Made by a program: the position numbers and the translations under genes
In this document: piece after piece, positions 16,538-27,691 of the stretch
Layout of the letters: each line of letters starts with the position of its first letter
How positions within the stretch are numbered: the stretch's first letter is position 1
From: Syntrophales bacterium
GTDB lineage: Bacteria; Desulfobacterota; Syntrophia; Syntrophales; UBA2210
Direction: 5' to 3'
Length of the DNA stretch: 64,000 nucleotides
Assembly (NCBI GenBank): GCA_963666365.2
Contig: CAXXNF010000002.1
Coordinates: 928,001-992,000, forward strand
The notes under the pieces: model-generated
The model's input: only the letters and a program-made list of their open reading frames with translations
The model's database searches: none
Told to the model about the DNA's origin: nothing

Positions 16538-17752
16538 TTACTTGATGCGGGTACAACCCGTTTCTTCACAGGGCGTGGCGATATCGCCCGCGGGAATAAT
16601 GGTCGCCTGACCCACGAAGGGATGTTTGAAATACTTGTTATCTTTCACGATCTTTCCGATCCAGGCGGGAATCTGTGCTTGATGATCGCAGGCACGCATT
16701 TCCCATGCGCCTGCGAGACCGTCCCATTTCAGCCCTTCCCAGGCCTTAATAACGTCTTCCACTTTTGTGCTGCCCGCCTTTTTGACGGCTTCCGCCCAGA
16801 ACATGATAGAGCTGTAGGCTTTTCCTCTCAGGTAGGTGGGATAATGACCATTTGCCTTATAGAATCCCTCAACGAATTTTGCATTTTTTTCAGTGGGAAT
16901 GGAAAGCATGTAGCACTCGGCGGTAACGGAATCCAAAACCGCCTGCTCGCTGCCCACCGCCGAAATAACATATTCGTCATTGAGGTAGTAGCAGGCGAAT
17001 TTTGACTTCATGCCAAGAGATTCGGCTTGCTTGATAAGGAGAGTAAGATCGTTGCCCCAGTTCGAGGTGAACACGATTTCCGGTTTGGATGAAATTATCT
17101 GGCTGATATAGGGAGCGTAATCTTTTTCTCCTATCTTATGATAGAGTTCTACGGTAATTTCTATCTGAGGATTTAATGCTTTCACCCGTTTTATAAATGC
17201 CGCTGTGGCCTCGTGTCCGAAAGAATAATCCTGAGCGATGGTCGCTACCTTTTTATAGCCGTTTTTTGCTACCCACGCGGCAAGAGCGTAGGACTGCTGG
17301 TCCGTTGTCAAGCAGGTCCTGAAAAAGTTCTTGCTGCATTTCGGGCCGGTCAAACTGGCCGCTGCCATGCCGTAAGAAATCATTATGGCATTGTTCTTTT
17401 CCGCAAGCACCGACATGGCGCCACCGACGGAGCTTCCCGTACCGCCGCAGAAGAATTTCACATCATCCTGCATGATCAGTTTGGTCGCTTTACGCGTGGC
17501 CACATCAGGCTTCAGTTCTGTATCAACGGCGATCAATTCAACCTTTTGACCCAGAAGCCCTCCTCCGGCGTTGATCTCTTTTACGGCGTACTCGACGCCA
17601 CTCAAATAACGCTCGCCAATATCTTTAAAATTACCGGAAAGAGGTTCCATCGCCGCAAGCTTGATGGTATCCGCAGCCACGGACATCGATGCAAATCCGA
17701 GAACCCCTGCTATACACATAACCGCCACACCTACTAAAAAAATCCTTCTCAT
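16538..17752 (-). CDS. LIV-family (branched-chain/aromatic) ABC transporter substrate-binding protein
   Basis: Signal peptide; EPLSG...EINAGGGLLG and DYSFG motifs; start ATG 17752 after AGGAG. Confidence 0.9.
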   Translation of the reverse strand: MRRIFLVGVAVMCIAGVLGFASMSVAADTIKLAAMEPLSGNFKDIGERYLSGVEYAVKEINAGGGLLGQKVELIAVDTELKPDVATRKATKLIMQDDVKFFCGGTGSSVGGAMSVLAEKNNAIMISYGMAAASLTGPKCSKNFFRTCLTTDQQSYALAAWVAKNGYKKVATIAQDYSFGHEATAAFIKRVKALNPQIEITVELYHKIGEKDYAPYISQIISSKPEIVFTSNWGNDLTLLIKQAESLGMKSKFACYYLNDEYVISAVGSEQAVLDSVTAECYMLSIPTEKNAKFVEGFYKANGHYPTYLRGKAYSSIMFWAEAVKKAGSTKVEDVIKAWEGLKWDGLAGAWEMRACDHQAQIPAWIGKIVKDNKYFKHPFVGQATIIPAGDIATPCEETGCTRIK

Positions 17753-17785
17753 CACTAGTCTCCTTTCCACCATGTTGTGTTGCAA

Positions 17786-18496
17786 TTAAACCTCTAAATA
17801 ATTTCTCCTTACATCTTCCGCCGCCATCAACGCCTTGTCATCGCCTTCGAACATAATCTGTCCCTTACTCATGACATAAAACCGATCGGCGATCTTGACG
17901 GCTGCTTTAAAATTTTGCTCTACCATAAGCACGGTGACTCCCGACTCGCGGACCCGCGACAGCATCTCCAGCACGTCCTTTACTATGAGAGGCGCGAGCC
18001 CTTCCGTCGGTTCATCAACGAGCACCAATTCCGGGTTTCCCATCAACGTGCGCACCACCGTCAGCATCTGCTGTTCACCGCCCGAAAGATGTTTCCCTTT
18101 ATTGTTCTGCCGTTCCTTCAGACGAGGAAACATTTCATAGACCCGTTCCGGCGTCCAGCCCGCACCGCTCTTCCCTCTTCTTCCTTCCTGAATGCCGATA
18201 AGGAGGTTCTCATGAACGGTAAGGCTCCCGAATATGCGCCGTTCCTCCGGCACAATCCCCACGCCAATGCGGGCAATTTCATAAGGCGCCTTTCCTGCCA
18301 GTTCCTGTCCGTTAAAAAGAATGCTTCCGTCTTGGGGCGTGACAAGCCCCATGATGCTTTTCAGGGTGGTCGTTTTACCCACGCCGTTACGGCCCAGTAG
18401 ACAGACCATTTCACCCTTTTTCAGTTCCATTGACACCCCGTGGAGTATATGGCTCTTTCCATAATAACTGTGAATATCCCTTACTTCTAGCAGCAT
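17786..18496 (-). CDS. livF: LIV-type ABC ATP-binding protein (LivF-like)
   Basis: GRNGVGKT, LSGGEQQML, DEPTEGLAP, VEQN. Confidence 0.92.
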   Translation of the reverse strand: MLLEVRDIHSYYGKSHILHGVSMELKKGEMVCLLGRNGVGKTTTLKSIMGLVTPQDGSILFNGQELAGKAPYEIARIGVGIVPEERRIFGSLTVHENLLIGIQEGRRGKSGAGWTPERVYEMFPRLKERQNNKGKHLSGGEQQMLTVVRTLMGNPELVLVDEPTEGLAPLIVKDVLEMLSRVRESGVTVLMVEQNFKAAVKIADRFYVMSKGQIMFEGDDKALMAAEDVRRNYLEV

Positions 18497-19251
18497 TATT
18501 CTTCCTCTCCCAGATAGGCGTCTTTCACCCGTTGATCGTTTCGTATTTCTTCCGGCGCCCCCGAAGCCAGAATGGCGCCGTAATGCAAAACGGATATCCT
18601 GTCGGCCAACGAAAACACCACATCCATGTCGTGTTCTATGATGACAAGCGTTTTTCCCCTGGTAACCCGGTCTATCATGCGGATCGCCTCGGCCGTTTCT
18701 TCCCGGGTCATCCCCGCCGTGGGCTCGTCAAGCAGAATCAGTTCCGGCTCCGTGGAAAGAGTAATACCGATCTCAAGGGCGCGTTGACGACCGTAGGACA
18801 GGGCGCTGACCGGTTCATGCATTACATCGTCAAGGCCTACCAGTTTCAGTATCTGTTCAGTTTTTTCAGCAACCACCCTGTTGTGGTCCGGTCTTTTAAA
18901 AAAACTGTATCGCAATCCCTGGCGACATCGGACACCGGCTCTCACATTTTCCAGGACTGTCAGTTCCTGAAAAAGATTGGTAATCTGGAAGGATCGAGCC
19001 ATTCCTCTATGGTTCAGCACATGGGGCTGTTTTCTTGAAACGTCCCGTCCCTTGAAAATAATTGCTCCTGTTGAAGGTTTATATTTGCCGGAAATAATAT
19101 TGAAGAGTGTGGTCTTGCCGGCGCCGTTGGGACCGATCACGGCGTGACGCTCCTCATTTCGCACGGAAAAGGTCACGCCCGTAAGCACTTCGAGTCCCGA
19201 GAAATCCTTGTATATATCTTTAATTTCAAGAATGCCCTGTGAGGGGTCCAT
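18496..19251 (-). CDS. livG: LIV-type ABC ATP-binding protein (LivG-like)
   Basis: GPNGAGKTT, RSFQIT, LSYGRQR, DEPTAG, EHDM, AYLG. Confidence 0.92.
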   Translation of the reverse strand: MDPSQGILEIKDIYKDFSGLEVLTGVTFSVRNEERHAVIGPNGAGKTTLFNIISGKYKPSTGAIIFKGRDVSRKQPHVLNHRGMARSFQITNLFQELTVLENVRAGVRCRQGLRYSFFKRPDHNRVVAEKTEQILKLVGLDDVMHEPVSALSYGRQRALEIGITLSTEPELILLDEPTAGMTREETAEAIRMIDRVTRGKTLVIIEHDMDVVFSLADRISVLHYGAILASGAPEEIRNDQRVKDAYLGEEE

Positions 19252-20246
19252 CAGTCATCTCCCTCCATTTCAAGTTTCCCTGTGGAATTTGCAAAACCAA
19301 ATCGCTCTTTGATCGAAACAATGAGTCCCGACAAGCCTCCCGGCACATACAACACCATTACCACAAAGATAATCCCCATGATAATCGGCCACCGATCGGT
19401 AATATCGCTTAAAAAATCCTGGAGATAGGTAAAGACAAGCGCACCCAGAATAGGACCGCCGAAACTTCCCGTGCCTCCGATAAACGTCATAAGCAGTACC
19501 GTCGTTGTCATGTCGATACTGATTGCCGAAATTGAAGTGAACTGAAAAAAAAGCGCATAAAAGGCACCCGCACAACCGGCCAGGGCACCCGTGAAGGTAA
19601 AGAGAATCAAGCGGCTGATATTCGTATTATATCCGAGAAATTTCATCCTTTCCTCGTTTTCTCTCATGAGAAGAATCGTCTTCCCCATTGCCGTAGTGGT
19701 AAAATACCAGCAGAAAAGAATCACCAGGCCGACAACGATCAACGTGAAAAAATAGAACACCTTCACATTGGTCATGTTCAGGGTGGCAACGCCTAAGTTG
19801 ATATCGGGGCGCCATACGCTGAGTCCGTCATCGCCGCCGGTCATGGAGTACCACTTTGTCGCGACGGCAAAGAACAGGGCGTTAAAGGCCAGTGTTAAAA
19901 GGGCAAAGTAGGACCCCTTGTGCCGGAGCAGAAGGCTGCCCACGAGGAACCCGACAATCACCGTCACCAGCGTAGCCGCCAGAATGGCCGCGAGAAGCGG
20001 AATGCCCTGAAAATGATTCAGAATCACCGCTACGGCGTAGGCGCCGGTGCCGAAAAACATGGCATGACCGAAGGATAACAACCCGGCGTAACCGAGGAGC
20101 AGGTTATAGCTGACGGCAAAAAGTGAAAAAATAACTACTTCCGTCATCAGTGCTATCTGATAACGTGGGAACAGGAGTGGAACAATTATCAGAAGCACGA
20201 CAAGCAGAACAATTCCCAGATATATGCGTATGTTGAGTCCTTTCAT
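19251..20246 (-). CDS. livM: LIV-type ABC permease (LivM-like)
   Basis: GYAGLLSFGHA, YFALLTLAF, TGGDDG motifs; multiple TM segments. Confidence 0.9.
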   Translation of the reverse strand: MKGLNIRIYLGIVLLVVLLIIVPLLFPRYQIALMTEVVIFSLFAVSYNLLLGYAGLLSFGHAMFFGTGAYAVAVILNHFQGIPLLAAILAATLVTVIVGFLVGSLLLRHKGSYFALLTLAFNALFFAVATKWYSMTGGDDGLSVWRPDINLGVATLNMTNVKVFYFFTLIVVGLVILFCWYFTTTAMGKTILLMRENEERMKFLGYNTNISRLILFTFTGALAGCAGAFYALFFQFTSISAISIDMTTTVLLMTFIGGTGSFGGPILGALVFTYLQDFLSDITDRWPIIMGIIFVVMVLYVPGGLSGLIVSIKERFGFANSTGKLEMEGDD

Positions 20247-21107
20247 TTACTGTTCCTCTCCAAATAGTCCCGAAGGTTTTATGATGAGCACTGCCGCCAT
20301 AAGCATATAAATCAGCGCCATTGAAAGTTTGGGTATCAGGAGCGCACCAAATGACTGCAGTTCGCCGATAATAAGCGAAGCCAGAAGGGCACCCCCAAGA
20401 CTTCCGAACCCGCCCACCACGATGACCACAAAGGCGTCGATGAGGATCTCAGCCGCCATGCCGGGATAGGTCGTCAGGAGCGGTCCGGCAATCACACCGG
20501 CAAACCCTGAAAGGGCGGCGCCTGCAGCAAAGACGCTCATAAAAACAAGAGGAATATTAATTCCCAGGGCATTTACCATTTCGTTATCGTTCACTGCGGC
20601 TCGAACGATAATACCGACGCGCGTTTTATAGAGTACCAGGTACATAATAAGGCCAATCGCCACGGCACAGAACATCATAAAGAGCCTATATATGGGATAG
20701 GTGATTCCGAAAATGTCCACCTGCCCTTCCAGGAAATTCCCCAGGGTCACTGCAAGGGGGTAGTTTCCCCATATCCATTTGACCGACTCTGTAATGATAT
20801 AGGCAAGCCCGAAGGTCAGCAAGAGTTCATGCACATGCCCGAAGGCATGGACGCGACGCAGCAGGAATCGTTCAACCAGTATGCCGAATATAAACATCAG
20901 AAAGGGACAGATAATAATGGAAAGCCAGAAGTTGCCCGTTAACTTCAGTACGGTATAGGAGAAATAAGCTCCCATCATATAAAACGCTGCGTGTGCGAAA
21001 TTAAGTACATTCATCATGCCGAAAACGAGGGTCAGCCCCGATGACACCAGAAAGAGCAGTCCGGCATAGGCAAGGCCGTGCAGAATAAATACAGGAATGT
21101 CACTCAT
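20247..21107 (-). CDS. livH: LIV-type ABC permease (LivH-like)
   Basis: GLTLVFGMMNVLNFAH, VVGGFGS, KPSGLFG. Confidence 0.9.
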   Translation of the reverse strand: MSDIPVFILHGLAYAGLLFLVSSGLTLVFGMMNVLNFAHAAFYMMGAYFSYTVLKLTGNFWLSIIICPFLMFIFGILVERFLLRRVHAFGHVHELLLTFGLAYIITESVKWIWGNYPLAVTLGNFLEGQVDIFGITYPIYRLFMMFCAVAIGLIMYLVLYKTRVGIIVRAAVNDNEMVNALGINIPLVFMSVFAAGAALSGFAGVIAGPLLTTYPGMAAEILIDAFVVIVVGGFGSLGGALLASLIIGELQSFGALLIPKLSMALIYMLMAAVLIIKPSGLFGEEQ

Positions 21108-21191
21108 GTCCCTTCCTTTCTATTACAATTGTTGCCGCACATCAGGTAACCTGTTTTGAAACAGCGGCATTATTAATCACATCCAGTCCCC

Positions 21192-21779
21192 TTATCTGCT
21201 GCCAGGGCCCGGGTTGTATATCACCATAAAACATTTAACCGCTCTCTCACCCATCGACTCTCCGAAATGGGAAACGCTTGAATCAAAGTAGACACAGTCT
21301 CCCTTTTCCACGATGTATTCTTCAGTGCCGTAGAGAAACTTCATTGTTCCCTGAAGTACGAAAAGCAGTTCCTGCCCTTCATGCCGGTAGACGGTCTTCT
21401 TTTTCTGATGAACGGGAAGAGTAAGGATAAAGGGCTCCATCATTTTGTTCTTAAAATTATGCGCTACCGCTTCATAGGCATATCCAAAGGCGGTCCCGTC
21501 CCGTGCGATCAGAGGCCGCTCTTTTCTCTTTACCACACTGATGGATGTCTGAATATTATCCTCGCCCAGCAGAAATGAAATGGAAACCCCCAATGCACGC
21601 GCTATGATGCCGAGGGTGGAAACAGGAGGCGCTTTTTCCGATTTTTCGACCTTTGACAGATAACCCTTGCTGAAGCCGGTCTGCGCCGCGAGACGTTCGA
21701 GCGTAACCCCTCTCCCGGAACGCAAGGCCCTTATTCTCGTCCCAATTTCCGCTTCTGTAATCACTTGCTGACGTTTCAT
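21192..21779 (-). CDS. XRE-family HTH + cupin transcriptional regulator
   Basis: IGTRIRALR...LSKVE HTH; C-terminal HEGQE...GDCVYFDSSVSH cupin. Confidence 0.92.
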   Translation of the reverse strand: MKRQQVITEAEIGTRIRALRSGRGVTLERLAAQTGFSKGYLSKVEKSEKAPPVSTLGIIARALGVSISFLLGEDNIQTSISVVKRKERPLIARDGTAFGYAYEAVAHNFKNKMMEPFILTLPVHQKKKTVYRHEGQELLFVLQGTMKFLYGTEEYIVEKGDCVYFDSSVSHFGESMGERAVKCFMVIYNPGPGSR

Positions 21780-21995
21780 CTCAGGATACAGGCCTCACAA
21801 AACAAGGGTAGTACTTATATGGGTGCTCTATAATGTATTACCCTGTCGCATATCAACGAAATGAGTGGACACACATACGCTACTAAACTTATATTACTGA
21901 GTATACTGATCATATAGTTATCAAAACCAACAGATCAAACCACCATGAGCGGCGCTGGAACTCCATGCGACGACCACAAGAAATAGCCGCAAAAT

Positions 21996-22018
21996 AAAGT
22001 TTCATATCAGTAAACTTT
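21996..22018. promoter_or_regulatory. Candidate palindromic operator next to a minus-strand TTGACA
   Basis: AAAGTTT-CATATCAGT-AAACTTT, adjacent to TGTCAA (22019-22024), upstream of the XRE gene. Confidence 0.4.
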
Positions 22019-22183
22019 TGTCAAGTAATATTTTTGCCGTCCCTGAAATTCAAAACTGTTCTGTAATCATAGTATGTTTCGCCACTTTTTTCAAAGCGAG
22101 GACAGTCATTTATTTCCATTGATATCTTACAGGGAATGCGATAGGATCACGTGTTATATTGATCTGCCGGAGAACAATCGAAG

Positions 22184-24499
22184 ATGGCGCTTTTTCAGTC
22201 GCGGATAAAACAAGATACAGTAACAGAAAAAAGCCATATTACAGAGCTTGAGGAAAAACTTAATTTTCAAAAAAGGCTCAAAGAGATCACCAATCGGATA
22301 CATGCCGCACAAAACTTGAAACAGATCCTTGTTGATCTGAGAGATGACATCCTCAGTCTCTTCGATGCCGAATCCCTTACTCTGTATGTCGCCGACAATT
22401 TAAAAAATGAAATATATTCTATGGTCCTTTCAGGGACCACACTTTCGGAGATCAGACTTCCCATAAGCAATAAGAGCATCGCCGGATATGCCGCATTCAA
22501 ACGGCACTCGGTAAATATTAAAGATGCCTATGATAAGTCGGAAGTGAACACCTTTGACACCGAGCTCAATTTTGACAGCAGCTGGGACCGGAAATCCGGC
22601 ATGCGGACAACCCAGGTGCTGGCCGTCCCCATTCTCTACAAAGATCAGGTGCGCGGCGTAATTCAGCTTATCAATAAAAAATCAAGCGGTTTTTTCAGCA
22701 AGGATGACCAGGATTTGGTCGAGGAAATGGCGAGCGTCCTGGGAATTGCCTTTTTCAACCAGGAACGAATTAAACAAAAGAAGAAATCTAAGTTCGATTA
22801 CCTCCTGAGAAGCGGGCTGATATCAGTCGAAGACTTGGAGGGTTCATGGGAAGACGCTCGAAAGAACAGAGAAACAATTGAGCAGTATCTGATAAAGCAC
22901 CATAAAATATCCAAGAGCGATATCGGGAAATCCTTAAGCGAATTTTACAACTGCACATTTGTCGAGTTCAGCGACAAGGCACCCACTCCCTACGATCTTC
23001 TAAAAAATCTGAAGGAAGAGTATCTCCGGCGCGAAATGTGGGTGCCGCTCGAGCGCAAAGACGGGAAGATAATAATCGTAATAGACGACCCAAACAACGT
23101 TTTGAAGCGCGATATGATCGAAAGCCTCTTGAAGACACGGGAAGTCGTCTACGATGTGGCACTCTATGAAGATATCATAAAGTTTATAAATCATTTCTAC
23201 CAGACCGACGACAGCGCATCTTCCATATCAGACATCCTGGGCAAACTCGACAGCGACGACGACCACGAAGATGAAGAAGACGAGGGCATCACGGAATCCG
23301 ACAGCATTATCATGCAACTGGTGAACCGCATTGTCAACGATGCCTACAATCGAAACGCATCTGATATTCACGTGGAACCGAATCTCACAAAAAAGAACGT
23401 TGAAGTCCGGTATCGCGTAGACGGCGCTCTTATGATCTATCAGACCGTCCCTTTCAGTTACAAAAACGCGCTGGTGTCACGAATCAAGATCATGTCGAAT
23501 CTGGATATTACCGAGCGCCGAGTCCCACAGGACGGGAAAATCAAATTCAGACGCCCTCGAGGCGATGAGATCGAACTTCGGGTCGCGACAATTCCCACCC
23601 AGGGCGGTCTTGAAGACGTGGTCATGCGCATCCTCGCCAAGGGGGAAACGATGCCCCTCGAGGATATGGGGCTGTCAAAGCGCAACTTTAATGAACTTGT
23701 GGAAATTTTAAAAAAGCCCTACGGCATGTGCCTCGTTGTCGGCCCTACCGGGTCGGGAAAGACCACTACTCTGCACGCCGGTCTGCACCATATTAATAAA
23801 CCGGACACTAAAATATGGACCGCCGAAGATCCCGTGGAGATTACCCAGTACGGCCTCCGTCAGGTACAGGTCAATCCCAAAATAGGGTTTGATTTCGCTG
23901 CCGCCATGCGCGCCTTTCTCCGGGCCGATCCCGATGTAATCATGGTAGGGGAAATGCGCGATTACGAAACAGCCAAGACCGGCGTCGAGGCTTCGCTGAC
24001 CGGACACCTTGTGTTCAGTACGCTCCATACGAACAGTGCCCCCGAAACCATTGTCAGGCTCCTGGATATGGGAATCGACCCTCTTAATTTCGCTGATTCG
24101 CTCCTGGGGATACTGGCACAACGGTTGGTGCGCACACTGTGCAAGCAGTGCAAGGAAAAATATCATCCCACAAAAGATGAGTACGACGAATTGGCGCGAA
24201 ATTACGGAGAAGAATTATTTTCACAGTTGAATATTCCCTACAACGAGGATTTCATGCTATTCCGCCCGAAGGGGTGCAGCGCCTGCGACAATACCGGCTA
24301 CAAGGGTCGCATGGGCATTCATGAATTGCTCGTCTCGACTGATGAGGTCAAAGAGAAGATTCAGAAACGCGCATCGGTAGAGAATCTTCGTGATCTGGCC
24401 ATTGAACAGGGAATGCGGACACTGCTGCAGGATGGCATTGAAAAGGTCATCGAAGGACGGGCCGATTTTGCCCAGGTGAGAAAGGTGTGTATAAAGTAG
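22184..24499 (+). CDS. GAF domain + GspE/PilB-family secretion ATPase
   Basis: N-terminal GAF (IAGYAA...VLAVPI...GVIQLINK); ASDIHVEP, Walker A GPTGSGKTT, LRADPDVIMVGEMRD, HLVFSTLHTN, CxxC/CxxC zinc motif. Confidence 0.92.
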   Translation: MALFQSRIKQDTVTEKSHITELEEKLNFQKRLKEITNRIHAAQNLKQILVDLRDDILSLFDAESLTLYVADNLKNEIYSMVLSGTTLSEIRLPISNKSIAGYAAFKRHSVNIKDAYDKSEVNTFDTELNFDSSWDRKSGMRTTQVLAVPILYKDQVRGVIQLINKKSSGFFSKDDQDLVEEMASVLGIAFFNQERIKQKKKSKFDYLLRSGLISVEDLEGSWEDARKNRETIEQYLIKHHKISKSDIGKSLSEFYNCTFVEFSDKAPTPYDLLKNLKEEYLRREMWVPLERKDGKIIIVIDDPNNVLKRDMIESLLKTREVVYDVALYEDIIKFINHFYQTDDSASSISDILGKLDSDDDHEDEEDEGITESDSIIMQLVNRIVNDAYNRNASDIHVEPNLTKKNVEVRYRVDGALMIYQTVPFSYKNALVSRIKIMSNLDITERRVPQDGKIKFRRPRGDEIELRVATIPTQGGLEDVVMRILAKGETMPLEDMGLSKRNFNELVEILKKPYGMCLVVGPTGSGKTTTLHAGLHHINKPDTKIWTAEDPVEITQYGLRQVQVNPKIGFDFAAAMRAFLRADPDVIMVGEMRDYETAKTGVEASLTGHLVFSTLHTNSAPETIVRLLDMGIDPLNFADSLLGILAQRLVRTLCKQCKEKYHPTKDEYDELARNYGEELFSQLNIPYNEDFMLFRPKGCSACDNTGYKGRMGIHELLVSTDEVKEKIQKRASVENLRDLAIEQGMRTLLQDGIEKVIEGRADFAQVRKVCIK

Positions 24500-24561
24500 G
24501 ACCCGGGTTCGAGGGAACGCAGGGCGGGGCGATCGTGCGAGTGCCCTTTCCTGACATATCG

Positions 24562-27186
24562 TTATTTTTTCAGCATTTCCTGCCACTGTGAAATTCTGTT
24601 GAGTGCCTCCAGGGGTGTCAGGTTGTTCGCATCAAGCCCTTTGAGATCGCGAATAACCCGGTCCTTCTCATCCACAAAGAGGTTGAGCTGGCCGGCGTTT
24701 TTCCGTCTGGCTGAGACCTTTCCCCCGGCAATTTTGGGAAGCCCCACATCGTCGAGTTCCCCTTTTTCAAGATTCTCCAGCACCTCACGGGCGCGCATCA
24801 CCACCGTTTCGGGAACGCCTGCAAGTCGAGCTACCTGGATTCCGTAACTTCGGTTTGTCCCCCCTTTCACAATTTTTCTCAGGAAAATGATTCGTTCTCC
24901 CCATTCCTTGACGGCAATGCTGTAGTTTTTCACTCCCTCGGCAGTGCATGCCAGATCGATCAGCTCGTGATAGTGGGTCGCAAAGAGCGTCCGCGCCCCT
25001 ATACGCTGACTGTCGTGAATATATTCACTTACGGCCCAGGCAATGCTCAATCCATCGAATGTGCTTGTGCCTCTGCCCACCTCGTCGAGCAGAATGAGAC
25101 TCCGCCCGGTTGCGCTCTTTAAGATGGCTGCCACCTCCGTCATTTCAACCATAAAGGTGCTCTGCCCCCGAGCCAGACTGTCTCCGGCGCCGACGCGTGT
25201 GAAAATTCGATCCGCCACGCCGATCAGAGCCGACGCGGCAGGCACAAATCCCCCCATTTGCGCCATAAGCACAATCAGGGCGGTCTGCCTGATGTAGGTC
25301 GATTTTCCTGCCATATTCGGCCCGGTAATGATGAGAAAGCGATTCGATCCGCAATCGAGCATGGCGTCGTTCGGCACAAATCCATCGGCGAGGTTCATCC
25401 TTTCGACCACCGGATGGCGGCCGTCTTTTATTTCGATTCTGTCATCGTCGGTGATTTTCGGACAGCAGTAGTTATATTGTTCGGCCACCTCTGCAAGCGA
25501 AACAAGGACATCCAGATCGGCGATAGAGGACGCCGTTTTTTGTATCCTTTGTATCTCCTGTGCAATTTGGGCGCGAACTTCGACAAAGAGCTCGAATTCA
25601 CGGCTCTTCCTCTTCTCTTCCGCATTGAGCACCGTCGTCTCGTAGCGCTTCAGTTCTTCGTTGATGTAACGCTCGGCGTTGACAAGGGTCTGCTTTCTGA
25701 TGTAGCTTTCCGGCACGAGATGGGCATTCGCCTTTGTAACCTCGATATAATATCCGAATACGCTGTTGTAGCCCACCTTCAGGGTCGCGATGCCTGTTTC
25801 ACTCCGTTCCTTCGCTTCCAGAGAGGCAATCCAGCGCTTTCCGTCCATTGACATGGACACCAGTTCGTCCAGTTCACTGTCGAACCCTTTTTTAATCAGA
25901 TAGCCCTCACGAATTGTCAGCGGCGGATCGTCTACAATGGCTCTTTCCACGAGGTCGGCGATATCCTCCAGGTCATCAAGCCCCTCGGCTGTTGCATTAA
26001 TCAATGAGGATTCTCCGCCTCCAATGGCGGTTCGAATTTCAGGCACGACGCAAAGTGATTTTCTGAGGGCAACCAGATCACGGCCATTGGCGACACCCAT
26101 GGAAACCCGGCTGCCCAATCTCTCAAGGTCATACACTTCCGCCAGCAACCCCCTCACCTTTTCCCGCATGTGATGCGCGTCTTTCAGCTCCGCAACAGCG
26201 GCGAGCCTCTCTCGAATCCTATCGGGATTCACCAGAGGATACTTCATCCACCATCGAAGCCTTCTCCCGCCCATGGCGGTAACGGTCTGATCAAGCACGT
26301 GAAAGAGCGACCCCTCTTTCTTCATATCCTGTATCGTACCGAACAGTTCGAGATTCCTTCGGGCTGTATCATCGATGACGAGGTAATTTTCAGGATGATA
26401 CCACCTGATCCGGTTGATGTGGTCAAGTTCTTGACGTTGCATCTCCCGGACATAGCGAAGCACTGCGCCGGCAGCCCTTGTCATGGCTTTGTTTGTTTCG
26501 AAATCCACACCTTCGACTGCACCGTTATGAAAGTGTTCGTGAAGCAGCGTTAAAGAATCTTCGTAGTTAAAACAGTCTCCATCCAGATAATTAACCCGAC
26601 ACTCCGTCATGGCACTTACGAGCATACGGGTAACCGCCGCGTCCCTGTCATCCTCGCGTACAACAGCTTCCTTGAATTCAAGACTGGCCATTTCCGCAGC
26701 GAAGTCTTCCTTCGCATCTCCTTCGGTTACGCGAAATTCCCCTGTTGAGATATCCACAAAGGCAATACCGATACGATCACCGTCGATAACCCATCCGGCC
26801 AGATAGTTATTCTTGTTCGCATCCAGGGTATCCGTATCCACCACCAATCCCGGAGATACGACCCTGACCACCTCGCGCCTGACAACTCCCTTGGCCTCTT
26901 TGGGATCTTCCATCTGCTCGCAGACGGCGACTTTAAATCCCGCACCGATCAGTTTCGACAGATAGGTCGATGCTGCGTGGTAGGGCACGCCACAGAGGGG
27001 AACACTGTCTTCCTTGCCTTTGTTTCTTGATGTCAGAGTTATGTCCAAGACCTTCGAAGCCGTCAGTGCATCTTCGAAAAACATTTCGTAAAAATCGCCC
27101 ATGCGGAAGAACAGAATGCAGTCTTTATATTGTTCCTTGATAGCAAGATACTGCTGCATGGCCGGAGTCAGGTTCATTACTCCCAT
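24562..27186 (-). CDS. mutS: DNA mismatch repair protein MutS
   Basis: [51 protein letters not shown]. Confidence 0.98.
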   Translation of the reverse strand: MGVMNLTPAMQQYLAIKEQYKDCILFFRMGDFYEMFFEDALTASKVLDITLTSRNKGKEDSVPLCGVPYHAASTYLSKLIGAGFKVAVCEQMEDPKEAKGVVRREVVRVVSPGLVVDTDTLDANKNNYLAGWVIDGDRIGIAFVDISTGEFRVTEGDAKEDFAAEMASLEFKEAVVREDDRDAAVTRMLVSAMTECRVNYLDGDCFNYEDSLTLLHEHFHNGAVEGVDFETNKAMTRAAGAVLRYVREMQRQELDHINRIRWYHPENYLVIDDTARRNLELFGTIQDMKKEGSLFHVLDQTVTAMGGRRLRWWMKYPLVNPDRIRERLAAVAELKDAHHMREKVRGLLAEVYDLERLGSRVSMGVANGRDLVALRKSLCVVPEIRTAIGGGESSLINATAEGLDDLEDIADLVERAIVDDPPLTIREGYLIKKGFDSELDELVSMSMDGKRWIASLEAKERSETGIATLKVGYNSVFGYYIEVTKANAHLVPESYIRKQTLVNAERYINEELKRYETTVLNAEEKRKSREFELFVEVRAQIAQEIQRIQKTASSIADLDVLVSLAEVAEQYNYCCPKITDDDRIEIKDGRHPVVERMNLADGFVPNDAMLDCGSNRFLIITGPNMAGKSTYIRQTALIVLMAQMGGFVPAASALIGVADRIFTRVGAGDSLARGQSTFMVEMTEVAAILKSATGRSLILLDEVGRGTSTFDGLSIAWAVSEYIHDSQRIGARTLFATHYHELIDLACTAEGVKNYSIAVKEWGERIIFLRKIVKGGTNRSYGIQVARLAGVPETVVMRAREVLENLEKGELDDVGLPKIAGGKVSARRKNAGQLNLFVDEKDRVIRDLKGLDANNLTPLEALNRISQWQEMLKK

Positions 27187-27602
27187 TTGTCTCCGTCTTT
27201 CTTCTTCAGATCAATGTAGCCTCCTCTGTCGCCTCGACGGCCTCCCCTTGCAAACCCGCCGCTTTCCCGTAATAGTATACCCAGAATCCAGTTGATTATA
27301 CTTATGATCAGCGCAGCCAGTATCGCCGTCCAGAAGTCTGCAACTTGAAAGCCCGAAATGACGCCCGATGCCATCTTGATCAGTAATGCATTAATGACAA
27401 ATGTGAAGAGGCCGAGACTCAGGACATTGATGGGCAGTGTAAGGACAAGCAGTATGGGCCGGAAAAAAGTGTTGAGCAGTCCCAAAACCGCTGCAGCGAA
27501 AAAGGCGGAGAAAAAATCTTCCACATACACACCCGAAAGCGTATACGAAGCGGCCATTACGGCAATTGTCAGAATAATCCATCGAATTATGATGTGTGTC
27601 AT
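27177..27602 (-). CDS. YvlD/DUF360-type 4-TM membrane protein ('phage holin family')
   Basis: [31 protein letters not shown] signature; ATG 27602 after GGAG. Confidence 0.85.
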   Translation of the reverse strand: MTHIIIRWIILTIAVMAASYTLSGVYVEDFFSAFFAAAVLGLLNTFFRPILLVLTLPINVLSLGLFTFVINALLIKMASGVISGFQVADFWTAILAALIISIINWILGILLRESGGFARGGRRGDRGGYIDLKKKDGDKWE

Positions 27603-27691
27603 AGGCAGCTCTCCTATTGTACCGGTTCTTTTTACCTGCACTCACAGAGCAGGTCAACCCCTTGTAGAAAAAATGAACGTCTCTCATCTTT

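Noticed and set aside
27177..27602. Prophage lysis gene ('phage holin family')
   Set aside because: YvlD-like genes are common chromosomal genes, and there are no phage genes nearby.
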